From an uncultured Nitrospiraceae bacterium (GTDB lineage: Bacteria; Nitrospirota; Nitrospiria; Nitrospirales; Nitrospiraceae), in NCBI GenBank assembly GCA_963730935.1, contig CAVSTP010000004.1:1440001-1504000 (forward strand): a stretch of 64,000 bases of DNA. Direction: 5' to 3'. Shown here piece by piece: positions 10,780 to 21,063 of the stretch. Below the pieces are notes generated by a model. The model made no database searches. It was not told the DNA's origin and worked only from the letters and a program-made list of their open reading frames with translations. The number at the start of each line of letters is the position of its first letter. The first letter of the stretch is position 1. The position numbers were made by a program, and so were the translations under genes.

Positions 10780-11430
10780 CTAGGAGGCCGTGTTGTCACT
10801 GAGCTCGGCATAGTGCTGGGCCCAGGCCAGGAACATGTCCCCACTGTCGTGCATGAGCTCTGCGCCCTTCCGCAACGTATCGACCAACTTGTCAGGTTTT
10901 CCTTCTTCCCTGAGGTCTGCAGCGCGGCGTTCCAAGGCTGGCGCCAACTTGGCCATCAACGCGGCCATCTCACCCAGGAGTTGCAGGACGTCATGTTCCT
11001 TCTCCCGCGGGGCTCCTGTTTCCACCACCACCTCGCCGCTTGCTGCGGCTTTGGCCTTGGACGGGTGCGGAAAGAGCTGCGAGAGGCGATCGACGAGGAT
11101 CTGTGCTTCCGGCGTGCTGGTGCGTCTCGGCTCGCTGGCAACATGATCCCACGCCAGCGTGTGGATGCCCGCCTCGGTCAGCCCCACGCGGATGGTCTCC
11201 GCCATCGCCTCTACGGTCAGTTCGGTCCAGGGCCGCAAGTCTAACACCCGCTGGTCCGCCCTTCGGGGAGGCGGGCTCTCGTGGATGAGCACCCAACAAC
11301 GGTCAAACATCGAGGTGCGGAGTGTGCTCGGTATGTTGAGCACGGTCAGCCGTGAGGTGCAGAGTGCCGTCACCAACAGCACGAACTGAAGATCGGGCAT
11401 CTCAGGACGATGAATGTCGAGCGTCTGCAC
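10780..11430 (-). CDS. Hypothetical protein
   Basis: 216-aa ORF, GGAG RBS, co-oriented with neighbours, plausible helical composition. Confidence 0.7.
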   Translation of the reverse strand: MQTLDIHRPEMPDLQFVLLVTALCTSRLTVLNIPSTLRTSMFDRCWVLIHESPPPRRADQRVLDLRPWTELTVEAMAETIRVGLTEAGIHTLAWDHVASEPRRTSTPEAQILVDRLSQLFPHPSKAKAAASGEVVVETGAPREKEHDVLQLLGEMAALMAKLAPALERRAADLREEGKPDKLVDTLRKGAELMHDSGDMFLAWAQHYAELSDNTAS

Positions 11431-11502
11431 GGTCTGTGGACTCCTATGTGAGGCGTCTGAATGTCATCTGGGGCGACGCCCCCGCGCCCCTGACAACTCG
11501 AC

Positions 11503-11745
11503 TCACTCGCCGGCATGTTCTTGGAAAAAGGCGTCGACGCGTTCGAGCAGTTGTGCCTTGATTTCATCCGCCGTGCCATTCGTCACATGCAGCGTCATCC
11601 TGCCCGCCGAACCGTCCGGCAGTGCTAGGGAGGCCTGAGCATCTGCCGGTTCGTGTGTCTTGACCTTATCCAACCGCATGCCGTAGCTCAGCGTATAGCG
11701 TATTTGAGGCTTCTCGAGCGTTGCCTGTGTGTGCGCGTTTGCCAT
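11503..11745 (-). CDS. Hypothetical protein
   Basis: 80-aa ORF with GAGG RBS directly downstream of the oxidoreductase beta subunit. Confidence 0.65.
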   Translation of the reverse strand: MANAHTQATLEKPQIRYTLSYGMRLDKVKTHEPADAQASLALPDGSAGRMTLHVTNGTADEIKAQLLERVDAFFQEHAGE

Positions 11746-11791
11746 AATTCGCCTCTGTGATCGGCCACGGTCGACGATCCGGCCTTGGTGA

Positions 11792-12682
11792 TTAGGCTTG
11801 TGCGATCGCCGCTACCGGTTTCTGGACGAACTCTTTGTACCCGTACCGCGCCGTCAAATATTCCTTGGCCTCATCGCTGACATATTCGGCAAATTTATAG
11901 CGATCATCCTCGACGGTCTTGGCGTCCGCCATCACCTGGTCCGTCGGAATCGCATATTCGATATTGCAGGACGTATAGGCTTGAATATAGGTCGGACCGA
12001 CCTCACGGGCGATCAGCACCGCCTTCTTAATACAGCTTTCCACCCGACGCGGATTATTCGGCACGACGGTGGCGATGTAGGCACAGCCGGCGATTTTGGC
12101 CATGGCCACCATGTCCATCTTCTCGAATTTCTTGCCGAGCGGCGCCATCTTGAGCACCGCCCCTCTGGTCGTCATGCCGCTTTCTTGTCCGCCCGTGTTG
12201 CCGTACACCTCATTATCCAGCATGATTGTCGTGAAGCGTTCCTTCCGGAACCACGAATGGAGTACCTGCTGAAATCCGATGTCGGCCGTGCCGCCGTCGC
12301 CCGCCATCACGACGACATCCTTGGGCTGATCGCCGAATCGGATGCGCAAGCCACGCGACAAGCCGCTGGCCACGCCGTTTTGGTCGCCGTAGTTGCCGTA
12401 CACGAAGGGAATGGCCGCCTGCGAAATCGCCAGCCGGCCGCATCCCGCCGTCCCGACCATGATCGTGTCTTCGGGATTGGGGACTGCGATGACCGCCAAC
12501 CGGATGAACAGCGTCATGGCGCAGCCGGCGCACATCGGATGTTCCTCGAGAATTTCCTTGAAACTCCCCATCTGCGAGACCGTGGTCTTCTTCCCGAATG
12601 GCCCGTGCTCCACCATGTCGCGGTACTCTTTCGGCATGAACGCTTCAAATCCTGGTGAAAACTTCACATAATTGAGACTCAT
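11792..12682 (-). CDS. 2-oxoacid:ferredoxin oxidoreductase beta subunit (2-oxoglutarate/pyruvate type, TPP-binding)
   Basis: CAGC, GTAGC and GDGG...DNEVYGNTGGQ motifs. Start placed at MSLNY after an AGAGG RBS. Confidence 0.92.
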   Translation of the reverse strand: MSLNYVKFSPGFEAFMPKEYRDMVEHGPFGKKTTVSQMGSFKEILEEHPMCAGCAMTLFIRLAVIAVPNPEDTIMVGTAGCGRLAISQAAIPFVYGNYGDQNGVASGLSRGLRIRFGDQPKDVVVMAGDGGTADIGFQQVLHSWFRKERFTTIMLDNEVYGNTGGQESGMTTRGAVLKMAPLGKKFEKMDMVAMAKIAGCAYIATVVPNNPRRVESCIKKAVLIAREVGPTYIQAYTSCNIEYAIPTDQVMADAKTVEDDRYKFAEYVSDEAKEYLTARYGYKEFVQKPVAAIAQA

Positions 12683-12764
12683 CGAACACCGTCCTCTCTT
12701 GTGGGTCGGCGCAGGCGCGCCGATAAGCAAATTGTTCTTGTCTGGTCGGCCCGCGCCTTTCCGG

Positions 12765-13973
12765 TCAACCCCCGCGTCCGGCCAATACCTCGGATCGGAC
12801 GCCGAGCGCCTTCTTGATTTCTTCCACGATGATTTCCGGCGGCATGGTCATGCCCCCGCACACACGCGGTCCGGCAATGACTCGCTCGGGGCGGGGGATC
12901 GTCGATTTGATCTCCCGTGCCAGCCACCCGATGACATTGAACTCGGGCACGATGATATGTGTGGCATGCTTGGTGGCTTCCCGGAGTTCTTCCTGCGGCC
13001 AAGGCCGGAGTGTCTTGATCTTCACCAGCCCCACACGGATGCCTTCATCGGCCAGCAGACGGATGGCTTCACGCCCTTGAGAGACCGCGGTTCCGGACGC
13101 CACGATGAGCACCTCGGCATCAAGGTTCTCGGTATCGATCAGTCCATCCAGCCAGGCGATCGTATGCTTCCGGGACCGTTCCGCGGCAGCCCAGATTTCC
13201 TGCTGCCAGCTCGCATGCGTGGCGTAGCTGATGTAGTTGCTCTTCATGACGAACGGATCGCGCATCATGCGGACCGGGGGACATTCCATGTCCATGCAGG
13301 GAACCGGCGACCGGTACGGATCGTAGGGCGGCAGGCACATGTCGGCGGGGGTCAGATCGACGGTATCTTTCGTATGGGTCACGAAGAAGCCATCGCAACA
13401 GAGGGCCAAGGGCAAATGCACATCCGGCTCTTCCGAGACCATGTAGCCTTTGAGAATCCAATCGTAAAAGTCCTGAGCCGTCTCCGCGTGCCAGACCAGC
13501 ATGCCGGTGTTCATCAGATAGGCGATCTCGATCGTGTCCGGCTGGATCGAGAGGGGTGAATTGATGCCTCGGCAGGTGACGATGCATTGGATCGGCAAGC
13601 GCGCCCCGGCCCACATGGGGAAGTTTTCCATTGCGCGCAGCGTGCCAGGCCCGGCGGTCGTCGTAAAGACACGGGCCCCGCCGAACGCAGAGCCGGCGCA
13701 TTGCGACATGACGGCAAATTCGCTTTCGCCGCGGAAGTAGTCGCCGATATAGCCCTCGGCAAAGAGTTCGCCGCAAAGGGCGGCTGCTTCGCTCTGGGGT
13801 GTTATGGGATAGGCCACCATAACATCGACGTTGGCGCGCCTCACGGCTTCTTTGATGACTTCGCTCCCGGTGTAGAACGACGGTGTGCGAGGCGCCTCGT
13901 TCATCATGACGCGGGGGTCGGTGATGACCTGGCCTTTTTTATTTTGTGTTCCGATGACTGATACGGTTTCCAT
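12765..13973 (-). CDS. 2-oxoacid:ferredoxin oxidoreductase alpha subunit
   Basis: AYPITPQSE, ESEFA, TTTAGPG and C-terminal KTLRPWP...PEFN...GWLA. Start placed at METVS. Confidence 0.92.
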   Translation of the reverse strand: METVSVIGTQNKKGQVITDPRVMMNEAPRTPSFYTGSEVIKEAVRRANVDVMVAYPITPQSEAAALCGELFAEGYIGDYFRGESEFAVMSQCAGSAFGGARVFTTTAGPGTLRAMENFPMWAGARLPIQCIVTCRGINSPLSIQPDTIEIAYLMNTGMLVWHAETAQDFYDWILKGYMVSEEPDVHLPLALCCDGFFVTHTKDTVDLTPADMCLPPYDPYRSPVPCMDMECPPVRMMRDPFVMKSNYISYATHASWQQEIWAAAERSRKHTIAWLDGLIDTENLDAEVLIVASGTAVSQGREAIRLLADEGIRVGLVKIKTLRPWPQEELREATKHATHIIVPEFNVIGWLAREIKSTIPRPERVIAGPRVCGGMTMPPEIIVEEIKKALGVRSEVLAGRGG

Positions 13974-14007
13974 GGATCCACCCTCCTCTAGCTTGCTGCG
14001 CAGCGAG

Positions 14008-14328
14008 TCATGCGCTGAATGAACTGCCGCATCCACAGGTCGTTTTGGCCTGCGGGTTCTTGATGGCAAAACCGGAGCCTTGCATCGTGTCCTGGTAATC
14101 CACTTCGCAGCCGACCAGCAGCGGAGCGCTTTGCGAATCCATAATGACTTTGACGTCACCCTTTTCGATGACCGTGTCGTCCTCGCCTACCTGGGACTCG
14201 AAGGCCATGCCGTATTGGTAGCCATGGCAGCCGCCGCCTTTTACAAATACTCGAAGACCAATCGTGTCTTTCTCTTCCTGCATCAGCTCTCGGATTTTCC
14301 CTTCAGCCACTGACGTCATCGTAATCAT
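14008..14328 (-). CDS. erpA: Iron-sulfur cluster insertion protein (HesB/IscA/ErpA family)
   Basis: GLRVFVKGGGCHGYQYG...NPQAKTTCGCGSSF, with AAGGAGG RBS. Confidence 0.92.
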   Translation of the reverse strand: MITMTSVAEGKIRELMQEEKDTIGLRVFVKGGGCHGYQYGMAFESQVGEDDTVIEKGDVKVIMDSQSAPLLVGCEVDYQDTMQGSGFAIKNPQAKTTCGCGSSFSA

Positions 14329-14623
14329 GTCATCCTCCTTCGGGTCGATAAGCGCTCCGGGCGCAGTAGGCCATTCCATGCGGAAGGACTACTCTCAGCC
14401 CGGGGGCGGAGTCGCCTCCGGTCATAATGTTTTGTTGCAAGAACACTCTGGCGTAGAAGCGGCGGAGACCTGGGAATCAATCGCGCTAGGGAGGGTACGG
14501 CAGAGGCGCGAAGAATAGGAAAGTCGGCGTGGCTCAATACGTCATAGGATCACCCTGAGCGCATTAGGGAGCGGAGTCAAGCGCTATTAAGGGGTGCAGG
14601 TTCGTTCAAATGATCCTCCGTGA

Positions 14624-14656
14624 CGAGCAACCTGCGAGCAATCTGCGAGCAACCGG
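14624..14656 (+). repeat. Three phased 11-bp direct repeats
   Basis: CGAGCAACCTG CGAGCAATCTG CGAGCAACCGG in the divergent intergenic region. Confidence 0.75.
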
Positions 14657-15041
14657 CACTCAGACCGCGGGCATTGCCTCATCTCAGTCCGTAACATCCC
14701 CATATCATGGATGTATTGCAGACACCTATTTATAATAGTTGACTTCGACCCTCATTGCGCCCAAGGTGGGTTTCAGGTGTGACGCTCCGTTGACTGTCCC
14801 ATCCTTCCGCTTCCGACTGCTTCCCAGCGAGAACGATTTCCCAGTCTCCGTCGTGTTTGCACAGGGACGCTCTGATTCGTTGCCTGGTGGTGTCATGGTC
14901 TGCGAATGGAGGCGGCCCAGGACTCCGGCCACTGCGTCAGAGGCCTGTCGGGTTCACTTTCACACCATAAGAGAGGAGTTGAGAGAGAACGGGATAATGC
15001 AGCGGGCCGTATGTACTAAGGAGGAGAAGGAGGAGAATGAG

Positions 15042-15278
15042 ATGAACGCTGATCAACTCAAAGGAAGATGGATGCAGTTCAAAGGCGAACTGAAAGAGAA
15101 GTGGGGGAAGTTTACCGATAACGACTTGACGGAGATCGAGGGGAGCTATGAGAAGTTTGTCGGCAAGGCCCAAGAGCGGTATGGGGACAAGAAGAGTGAG
15201 CTGATGAAGTGGGCGGAGGCATGGCATGCAAAGCCGGCGACTGAGGCCGAGGGAAAGAACAACATTCCCGTTGCATGA
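15042..15278 (+). CDS. CsbD/YjbJ family stress protein
   Basis: MNADQLKGRWMQFKGELKEKWGKFTDNDL..IEG....VGK.QERYG. Confidence 0.9.
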   Translation: MNADQLKGRWMQFKGELKEKWGKFTDNDLTEIEGSYEKFVGKAQERYGDKKSELMKWAEAWHAKPATEAEGKNNIPVA

Positions 15279-15337
15279 CGGCAAAGCACACAAGACGAAC
15301 ACATGGACACACTTTTACTTTGCGGTTAAGGAGAAAG

Positions 15338-15889
15338 ATGATGCACACAAAGATGGTATTAACGTTCTGTACAGCTTCGGTACTCGGTGGGGCGCTCATC
15401 GCCGGCTCAGTGTTCGGCAAGGCCGATGAGAAGAACATGAGCGACTCGTGGATCACAGCCAAGACCAAAATTGCGCTGTTTGCCGATTCCCGAGTGAAGG
15501 GCAGCGACATCAGTGTTGCGACGACCGACGGCGCGGTGACGATCCGCGGGAAGGTCGATAGCGCTGAAGCGAAGCAGGCCGCGGAAGGCGTCGCCAAGAG
15601 CGTAGATGGGGCGAAGACGGTCAAGAACGATTTGCAAGTCGTCGCTCCGTCCAAGCGCGAGGCGACCGATGACAAGGATGACGCGATCACGGCTCGCGTG
15701 AACGACCAGATGGCGAAAGACACGCAACTGAAGAACGCCGGCATTAAGGCCCAGACGAATGCAGGCGTGGTCTCCTTGACCGGCGAAGTGGCCGATCTTG
15801 CGACCAGTGCCCAGGCGTCTTGGTCAGCCTGGCAAGTGCCCGGCGTGAAATCCGTGAAGAACGACCTGAGGGTGAAAGAAAAAGCCTGA
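15338..15889 (+). CDS. Dual BON-domain protein (OsmY-like)
   Basis: Signal peptide, DSWITAKTKIALFAD, DDAITARV and GVKSVKNDL. Confidence 0.9.
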   Translation: MMHTKMVLTFCTASVLGGALIAGSVFGKADEKNMSDSWITAKTKIALFADSRVKGSDISVATTDGAVTIRGKVDSAEAKQAAEGVAKSVDGAKTVKNDLQVVAPSKREATDDKDDAITARVNDQMAKDTQLKNAGIKAQTNAGVVSLTGEVADLATSAQASWSAWQVPGVKSVKNDLRVKEKA

Positions 15890-16147
15890 GGCGTTCCTTC
15901 TAGAGCACGCTCTTCGTCCGTCGAGGCCGCATCAGTGGCACCGACGGGCGACAGGGTGGCTCACCCAATTCACCATGAACCCTTCGATTCGCCCGATGCA
16001 CACAATGCACTGGGGCAGTAGCTAGTCGCGCATCCGCCCGCCGCAGTCCTTCCCGAGTCAATTGACCACGCTGATTGTCGTCGCGCCCCGTGCTCGCGAC
16101 CGTCACACATTGCAGATAACAGACTTAATCAAGGGAGGGAGAATCCT

Positions 16148-16999
16148 ATGAAACAGACACGCTATGCAACAACGGCAACGATGCTCTCACTGGGCACGTT
16201 ATGGATGGTCGGCATTGTGTCTCCTGTCATGGCCGATAACGGATTTGGTGCGGCTCAAGAACGGTCTGACCGCCAGAAAGAGCAACGCGGTCCTTCAATT
16301 AGAGAAGAGGCCACGAGCGAGGCGACCGAAACCCGCCTTCCCGGAAACCGCCGTGTCACCGGCCACGTCAAGGATATCCGCGGGCAGCAAATGGAAATCG
16401 CCATCGGCAATCTCCAGACGATGTCTGTGCCGGTGAAGATGGCGACGGACAGAGGAGAAACCTTCAAGCCGGGCGATGAGATCGTCGTCACGTTGAGCGA
16501 TCACAATTCCATCGTGGACTACCACCATCCCAATGAAGCCTCGCATCACCAGGTCATCCGTGGCAAATTGACCACGCCCCTCACCGTCGGGCTCGATAAA
16601 GCGGTGATTGAAACGGATCAAGGGACCAAGACCTTTCTCGTGGCGGAACGCGCAAAAGGGAAATTGACGGCGATGCCGGTCGGCGCGGAAGTCCTGTTCA
16701 TGGCGGATGAAACCGGCCGTCTAGTTGACGCGCAGCTCGCGAGCGCGGACGCGGTCCACCAATCCGCGCTGAACAACAAAGCGCACATCAAGGGCGCCCA
16801 TGCGCAACTGAAGGCCGTGTATCAAGGCAGGGCCGGTGAAGACCGCATGATGATTACCGCTGAAGGTCAAAAGCGCGAAGTGCCGTTCCGGGCTCCACTC
16901 CGCAAGCTGGATCGCCTAAAGCCGGGGCAGGAAGTCGTCCTTCTGATGGATGACGCCGGCTATGTCATGGAGGTTTCGACACCCGATCTGATGCCGTGA
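16148..16999 (+). CDS. Exported hypothetical protein with repeated beta-rich (OB-like) units
   Basis: Signal peptide, GGAGGG RBS and recurrent KPGDEIVV / PVGAEVLF / KPGQEVVL motifs. Confidence 0.75.
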   Translation: MKQTRYATTATMLSLGTLWMVGIVSPVMADNGFGAAQERSDRQKEQRGPSIREEATSEATETRLPGNRRVTGHVKDIRGQQMEIAIGNLQTMSVPVKMATDRGETFKPGDEIVVTLSDHNSIVDYHHPNEASHHQVIRGKLTTPLTVGLDKAVIETDQGTKTFLVAERAKGKLTAMPVGAEVLFMADETGRLVDAQLASADAVHQSALNNKAHIKGAHAQLKAVYQGRAGEDRMMITAEGQKREVPFRAPLRKLDRLKPGQEVVLLMDDAGYVMEVSTPDLMP

Positions 17000-17019
17000 C
17001 GGCCGAGATAGTGTCTCTC

Positions 17020-17095
17020 CGTCACCGGAGCGCACAAAGGCGATGGTGGCGGGGCGGTGCTCGCATTGGTAAATCGCACGATTTTCGATGGGGCG
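17020..17095 (-). pseudogene. Fragment of a paralog of the 33574..33894 gene
   Basis: CGTCACCGGAGCGCACAAAGGCGATGGTGGCGGG matches 33771-33803 and encodes PATIAFVRSGDGE in both places. Confidence 0.7.
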
Positions 17096-17136
17096 CTGTG
17101 AGATACATCGCTTGAGCAGGAAAGCGCCATCCACCT

Positions 17137-18411
17137 TCAATCCTCGCGGCTGGGACGAACGAGGATCGGTCCGTAGATGAGCGCGAAGAGGAGATAGGCG
17201 CCGCTCCAACCGAACGCCGCCATGCCGAGCAGGAGATTCGTCAGCGCGGTCGGAGCGTCGGAGGCGGGCGCGAGGACCCGTAGCACCGCGCCAAGATTGA
17301 TCAACACATACATGACCACGGTCATGGAACCGGCATGCCGCGCGCGACCCGTATGACCCAAGCTCGCACGCGTCATCACCGCCAGCGTCATCGTCCCCAC
17401 TGCGCCGGTGGTGAGCACATGCACGGCATTCGCGGCCGGCAGCACACCAAGAATCGCGCCTCCAAGAGCCAGTAACGACAGCGCCACCCACCCATAGCCC
17501 ACCGTGAGGATGAATACCAACGGCTCGCGCCACGCCACCCACCCTCGCCAACGCGCGACACGAATAAGATTCGCCACGCCGGCCGCGACAAACAGTACTC
17601 CTGCCGTCTGGCCCTCGGGCTGAACGATCCACGCCAAGGCGGCAAGCAGGACCAGGAGCATCGACAGGCCATCGAAGCGGGAAAAGGATGCAGGATGCCC
17701 GGGACTGTGCTGCTCCGCCAAGTATTCGGCGGTAAACGCCGGCGTCACTCGTCCGCCAATAAACGTGAGCAACAAGAGAATGATTGAGAGCGTCAAACGT
17801 TCGGGCACATCCGTCGAGGTCCCGCGCAGCGCGAGCACATGAAACAAGATATTGGCGCCGGCATAGAAGGTGATCAGCACGCCGATGGCCGACCGGTTCC
17901 AGATTCGTGCTGCCGCAATCTCGCGCCACACGAGCGCGGCCAAGGACACAAGAAAGGAAGCATCGATCACGGCGGCGATCATTGGAATGGGCTCCGGGAG
18001 AGCAACAACCAGCCGTCCGGCCAACCACAAGACGCACAACGACACCAAGAGTGTGCCTCTCACGGGAGCTCGACCGGTCCAGTTGGGAATCGCGGTCAGG
18101 ATAAAGCCGGACATCGCGGCGGGCAGGAACCCGAACAGCATCTCGTGAACGTGCCACTCGCGGGGAGCATACAGAAAGTTGGAGCCGATCGCGCCGGTCA
18201 CGATCAAGATCCAGGCCGGCACGGCGACACCGGCAAACAGCGCGGCGCCGAGGAAGAACGGTCGGAAACCATAGGAGAAAAACGCCGGGCCATTGTAGGG
18301 AGGCAGCGTCGGTTCATCCTCTGGGCCGGCGGGCTTCGGCTGGCTGACTCGTATTTCGATCGGTGCTCCGGCCACGCGCGTCATTCTCAGCGCAGGTCGA
18401 AGAGTTGTCAA
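17137..18411 (-). CDS. nnrS: NnrS family membrane protein (nitrosative stress)
   Basis: FFSYGFRPFFL, WHVHEMLFGF, GFILTAIPNWTG, GGRVTPAFT and MTRASLGHTGR. Confidence 0.92.
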   Translation of the reverse strand: MTTLRPALRMTRVAGAPIEIRVSQPKPAGPEDEPTLPPYNGPAFFSYGFRPFFLGAALFAGVAVPAWILIVTGAIGSNFLYAPREWHVHEMLFGFLPAAMSGFILTAIPNWTGRAPVRGTLLVSLCVLWLAGRLVVALPEPIPMIAAVIDASFLVSLAALVWREIAAARIWNRSAIGVLITFYAGANILFHVLALRGTSTDVPERLTLSIILLLLTFIGGRVTPAFTAEYLAEQHSPGHPASFSRFDGLSMLLVLLAALAWIVQPEGQTAGVLFVAAGVANLIRVARWRGWVAWREPLVFILTVGYGWVALSLLALGGAILGVLPAANAVHVLTTGAVGTMTLAVMTRASLGHTGRARHAGSMTVVMYVLINLGAVLRVLAPASDAPTALTNLLLGMAAFGWSGAYLLFALIYGPILVRPSRED

Positions 18412-18723
18412 CGAGAGGCGGGGGCGCCAGGGATGCCGGGAAACGAGTTAGTTTGGAGGTAGCTTTTCAGGGCAATATAGCGAAGGCTATGAAGAATCTG
18501 AAAAGCGTCGTGAAGCCGCCATGGTAGCGGATCGGTGAGCATAATGAGCCAAAACCTCAGAACGAAAAAGGCCTCAGGTGTGGTGGCAATCACGCAGGTA
18601 AGGATGAGAAAAAGGTGATATCAAATGTTGCCATGTGCGGATGCCTCTCCTTTTTCTGTTCCAGCGCTGGATCGTAGGGGTGCTCTTCCTTTATAGTGGG
18701 TTTTTTCGTACCACAAGATCACC

Positions 18724-20829
18724 ATGCTAGCTCTGTCCTATCATCACCCTGCCGGGAAAGCGATGGCGTGGGTGGCCATCATCTGCGCCTATTTCTTGGC
18801 GGGCAAGCTCAGCCTCGGCTTCGCCTCTATCCATGTCAGTGCCTCGCCGGTATGGCTCCCGGCCGGGATGGCGGTCGCGCTCTTCCTGCTTCTCGGGTTC
18901 TCCATCTGGCCGGCAATCTTCGCCGGAGCATTCCTGGTCAATGTCACGACAGCAGGAGGGGTGCTCACGTCCGCGAGCATCGCAGTCGGGAATACCCTCG
19001 GAGGGCTCCTTGGCGCGTGGCTCATGCAAAGGTTTGCGCATGGCGTTCACGCGTTTGAATCTCCGCCGGATATTCTGAAGTCTGCCCTTCTCGCTGGACT
19101 ACTCAGTCCGACGGTAAGCGCGACGATTGGCATCACGAGCCTGACGATCGGGCACTACGCGTTACCGAATGAGTATGCCATCATCTGGCTCACGTGGTGG
19201 ATGGGCGATGCGACGGGGATTCTGATCGTCACACCGGCCATTCTGCTCTGGGCACAGCGTCCACGCATTGAATGGAGCAGTCGAGAACAACTCGAGCTCG
19301 GCCTCCTATTGCTCGTGCTCCTGTTGACCTGTGAAGCGATTTTTGGACCCTTCATCCGTACGAGACACAAGTATCCGCTTCAGTTCATGCTCGTGCCCAT
19401 CCTGATTTGGGCGGCGTTCCGTTTTGGTCCCCGAGAGACTGCCACGCTCACCGTCCTATTAGCTGGCTGGGCCACGTGGGGCACCGTCAATGGTCGAGGT
19501 CCCTTCACCACCGACTCCGAAAATGAGGCGCTCTTGCTCGGGCAAGCCTTTCTCGCCGTGACGACGGTCATGGCCCTAGCGCTGGCCGCGGCCGTGCAGG
19601 AACGCAAGAACGCCGAAATTCGATTCCAGGACACAGCTGAACGGTTGGTGAAGAAGCGCACGGCGGAGCTACTTCACACCCAAGCCCGGCTGCGCACCAT
19701 GGCTCAGGCGCTCACCTTGACCGAACAGCGCGAGCGCAAACGCATGGCCACTGAACTGCATGATTATCTCGCCCAGCTGCTCGTGCTCGGCAAAATGAAA
19801 TTGTCGCAAACGCATGCACAGATCCGGAACATTGGCGGTCCCGTGGCGAGCGTGTTTGAAGAGATCGACCACACACTGGACAAGGCGCTCGACTACACGC
19901 GGACGCTGATTGCGGAGCTGAGCCCGCCGGTGCTGCACGAGTTCGGTCTGCCGATGGCACTCCAATGGTTGGCGGATCAAATGAAGAAACATCGCCTGAC
20001 GGTCGATGTCCGGCTCGGAACATCCGAGCTGCCGTTAACAGAAAATCAAGCGATCTTGTTGTTTCATTCTGCCCGCGAGTTACTCATCAATGTCGCGAAG
20101 CATGCCGGGACAACTGAGGCAGCCTTGACGCTCCTTCTGGCAGAAAACATGTTGACCATCGCTGTCCAGGATCAGGGGAAGGGTTTCAAGACCGATGGGC
20201 TTGAGCCCCATCAGCCGGGCCAGCACTTTGGGCTCTTCAGCATCAAAGAGCGCATGGAGGAACTCGGAGGATGGCTGCGAGTCGAGAGCACACCAGGAAG
20301 GGGAACCACCGTCACGTTGGGACTGCCATTCACATCGACGGCGGCACCTTCTACGGACACGTCCGGTACAGATACGTCCGATACAGACACATCCTGGAAC
20401 GAACGACACGTGCAGCCACCGCCATCGAAAGCGGCCGGCGTGCGGCGCGTGTTACTGGTGGACGATCATGCCATGGTCCGCCAAGGCCTTCGAGCCGTGC
20501 TTGACGCGCATCCTGATTTGTTCATCATCGGAGAGGCGGCAGATGGCCGGGAAGCGGTGTCCATTGCCAAGAAACGGACGCCGGACGTCATCGTCATGGA
20601 CATCAATATGCCGCGCATGGACGGCATCGAAGCGACAAGGCGGATCAAGAAGGACCAACCCGGGATGGTCATCATTGCGGTCTCTGTCAATGACACACCG
20701 GATCTCCGGGAATCATTGCAAAGAGCCGGCGCCTCGGCGTTCGTGTCGAAAGCTGAAGCCGGTGAACGACTCTACGAGACAATCATGGCGTCGGGGCCTC
20801 TCGCGACTCGTAGAGACGACACACGGTAG
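18724..20829 (+). CDS. Hybrid sensor kinase: MASE1 + NarX-type kinase + C-terminal receiver
   Basis: MASE1 SPVWLPAG...WWMGDATG, ERKRMATELHD, ELLINVAKHA, DQGKGF, FGLFSIKER, and receiver VLLVDDHAMVRQGL...MDINMP. Confidence 0.92.
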   Translation: MLALSYHHPAGKAMAWVAIICAYFLAGKLSLGFASIHVSASPVWLPAGMAVALFLLLGFSIWPAIFAGAFLVNVTTAGGVLTSASIAVGNTLGGLLGAWLMQRFAHGVHAFESPPDILKSALLAGLLSPTVSATIGITSLTIGHYALPNEYAIIWLTWWMGDATGILIVTPAILLWAQRPRIEWSSREQLELGLLLLVLLLTCEAIFGPFIRTRHKYPLQFMLVPILIWAAFRFGPRETATLTVLLAGWATWGTVNGRGPFTTDSENEALLLGQAFLAVTTVMALALAAAVQERKNAEIRFQDTAERLVKKRTAELLHTQARLRTMAQALTLTEQRERKRMATELHDYLAQLLVLGKMKLSQTHAQIRNIGGPVASVFEEIDHTLDKALDYTRTLIAELSPPVLHEFGLPMALQWLADQMKKHRLTVDVRLGTSELPLTENQAILLFHSARELLINVAKHAGTTEAALTLLLAENMLTIAVQDQGKGFKTDGLEPHQPGQHFGLFSIKERMEELGGWLRVESTPGRGTTVTLGLPFTSTAAPSTDTSGTDTSDTDTSWNERHVQPPPSKAAGVRRVLLVDDHAMVRQGLRAVLDAHPDLFIIGEAADGREAVSIAKKRTPDVIVMDINMPRMDGIEATRRIKKDQPGMVIIAVSVNDTPDLRESLQRAGASAFVSKAEAGERLYETIMASGPLATRRDDTR

Positions 20830-21063
20830 ATGCTTCTCCTTCCGCAGTGAACAACCCTCTCACGCCGGCATAGGCTCTCATTTCAAAGAAGAGTAACGCG
20901 CGCGGTTCCACGGCTGGCCACGCAATGGTCATGTAGCAGGGCTGTCTTCTGTTGCTATTACGGGCGGAGAGGACTACCCTCAGCATTCACAACCAACGCC
21001 TCACTGTCGACGGCCTCCTGGAATATTCGACCGTCGACTCTGTCGCAGAAAGGCGGCCGCATC

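Noticed and set aside
12765..14159. 464-aa version of the oxidoreductase alpha subunit
   Set aside because: The extension overlaps erpA in another frame. The RBS supports a start at 13973.
14733..14760. ATAGTTGAC as an IscR site upstream of erpA
   Set aside because: Only a partial match about 400 bp from erpA, and equally explained as a TTGAC -35 element.
20352..20395. 15-bp triple repeat (TDTSG/TDTSD/TDTSW)
   Set aside because: An ordinary in-frame low-complexity linker between the kinase and receiver domains.
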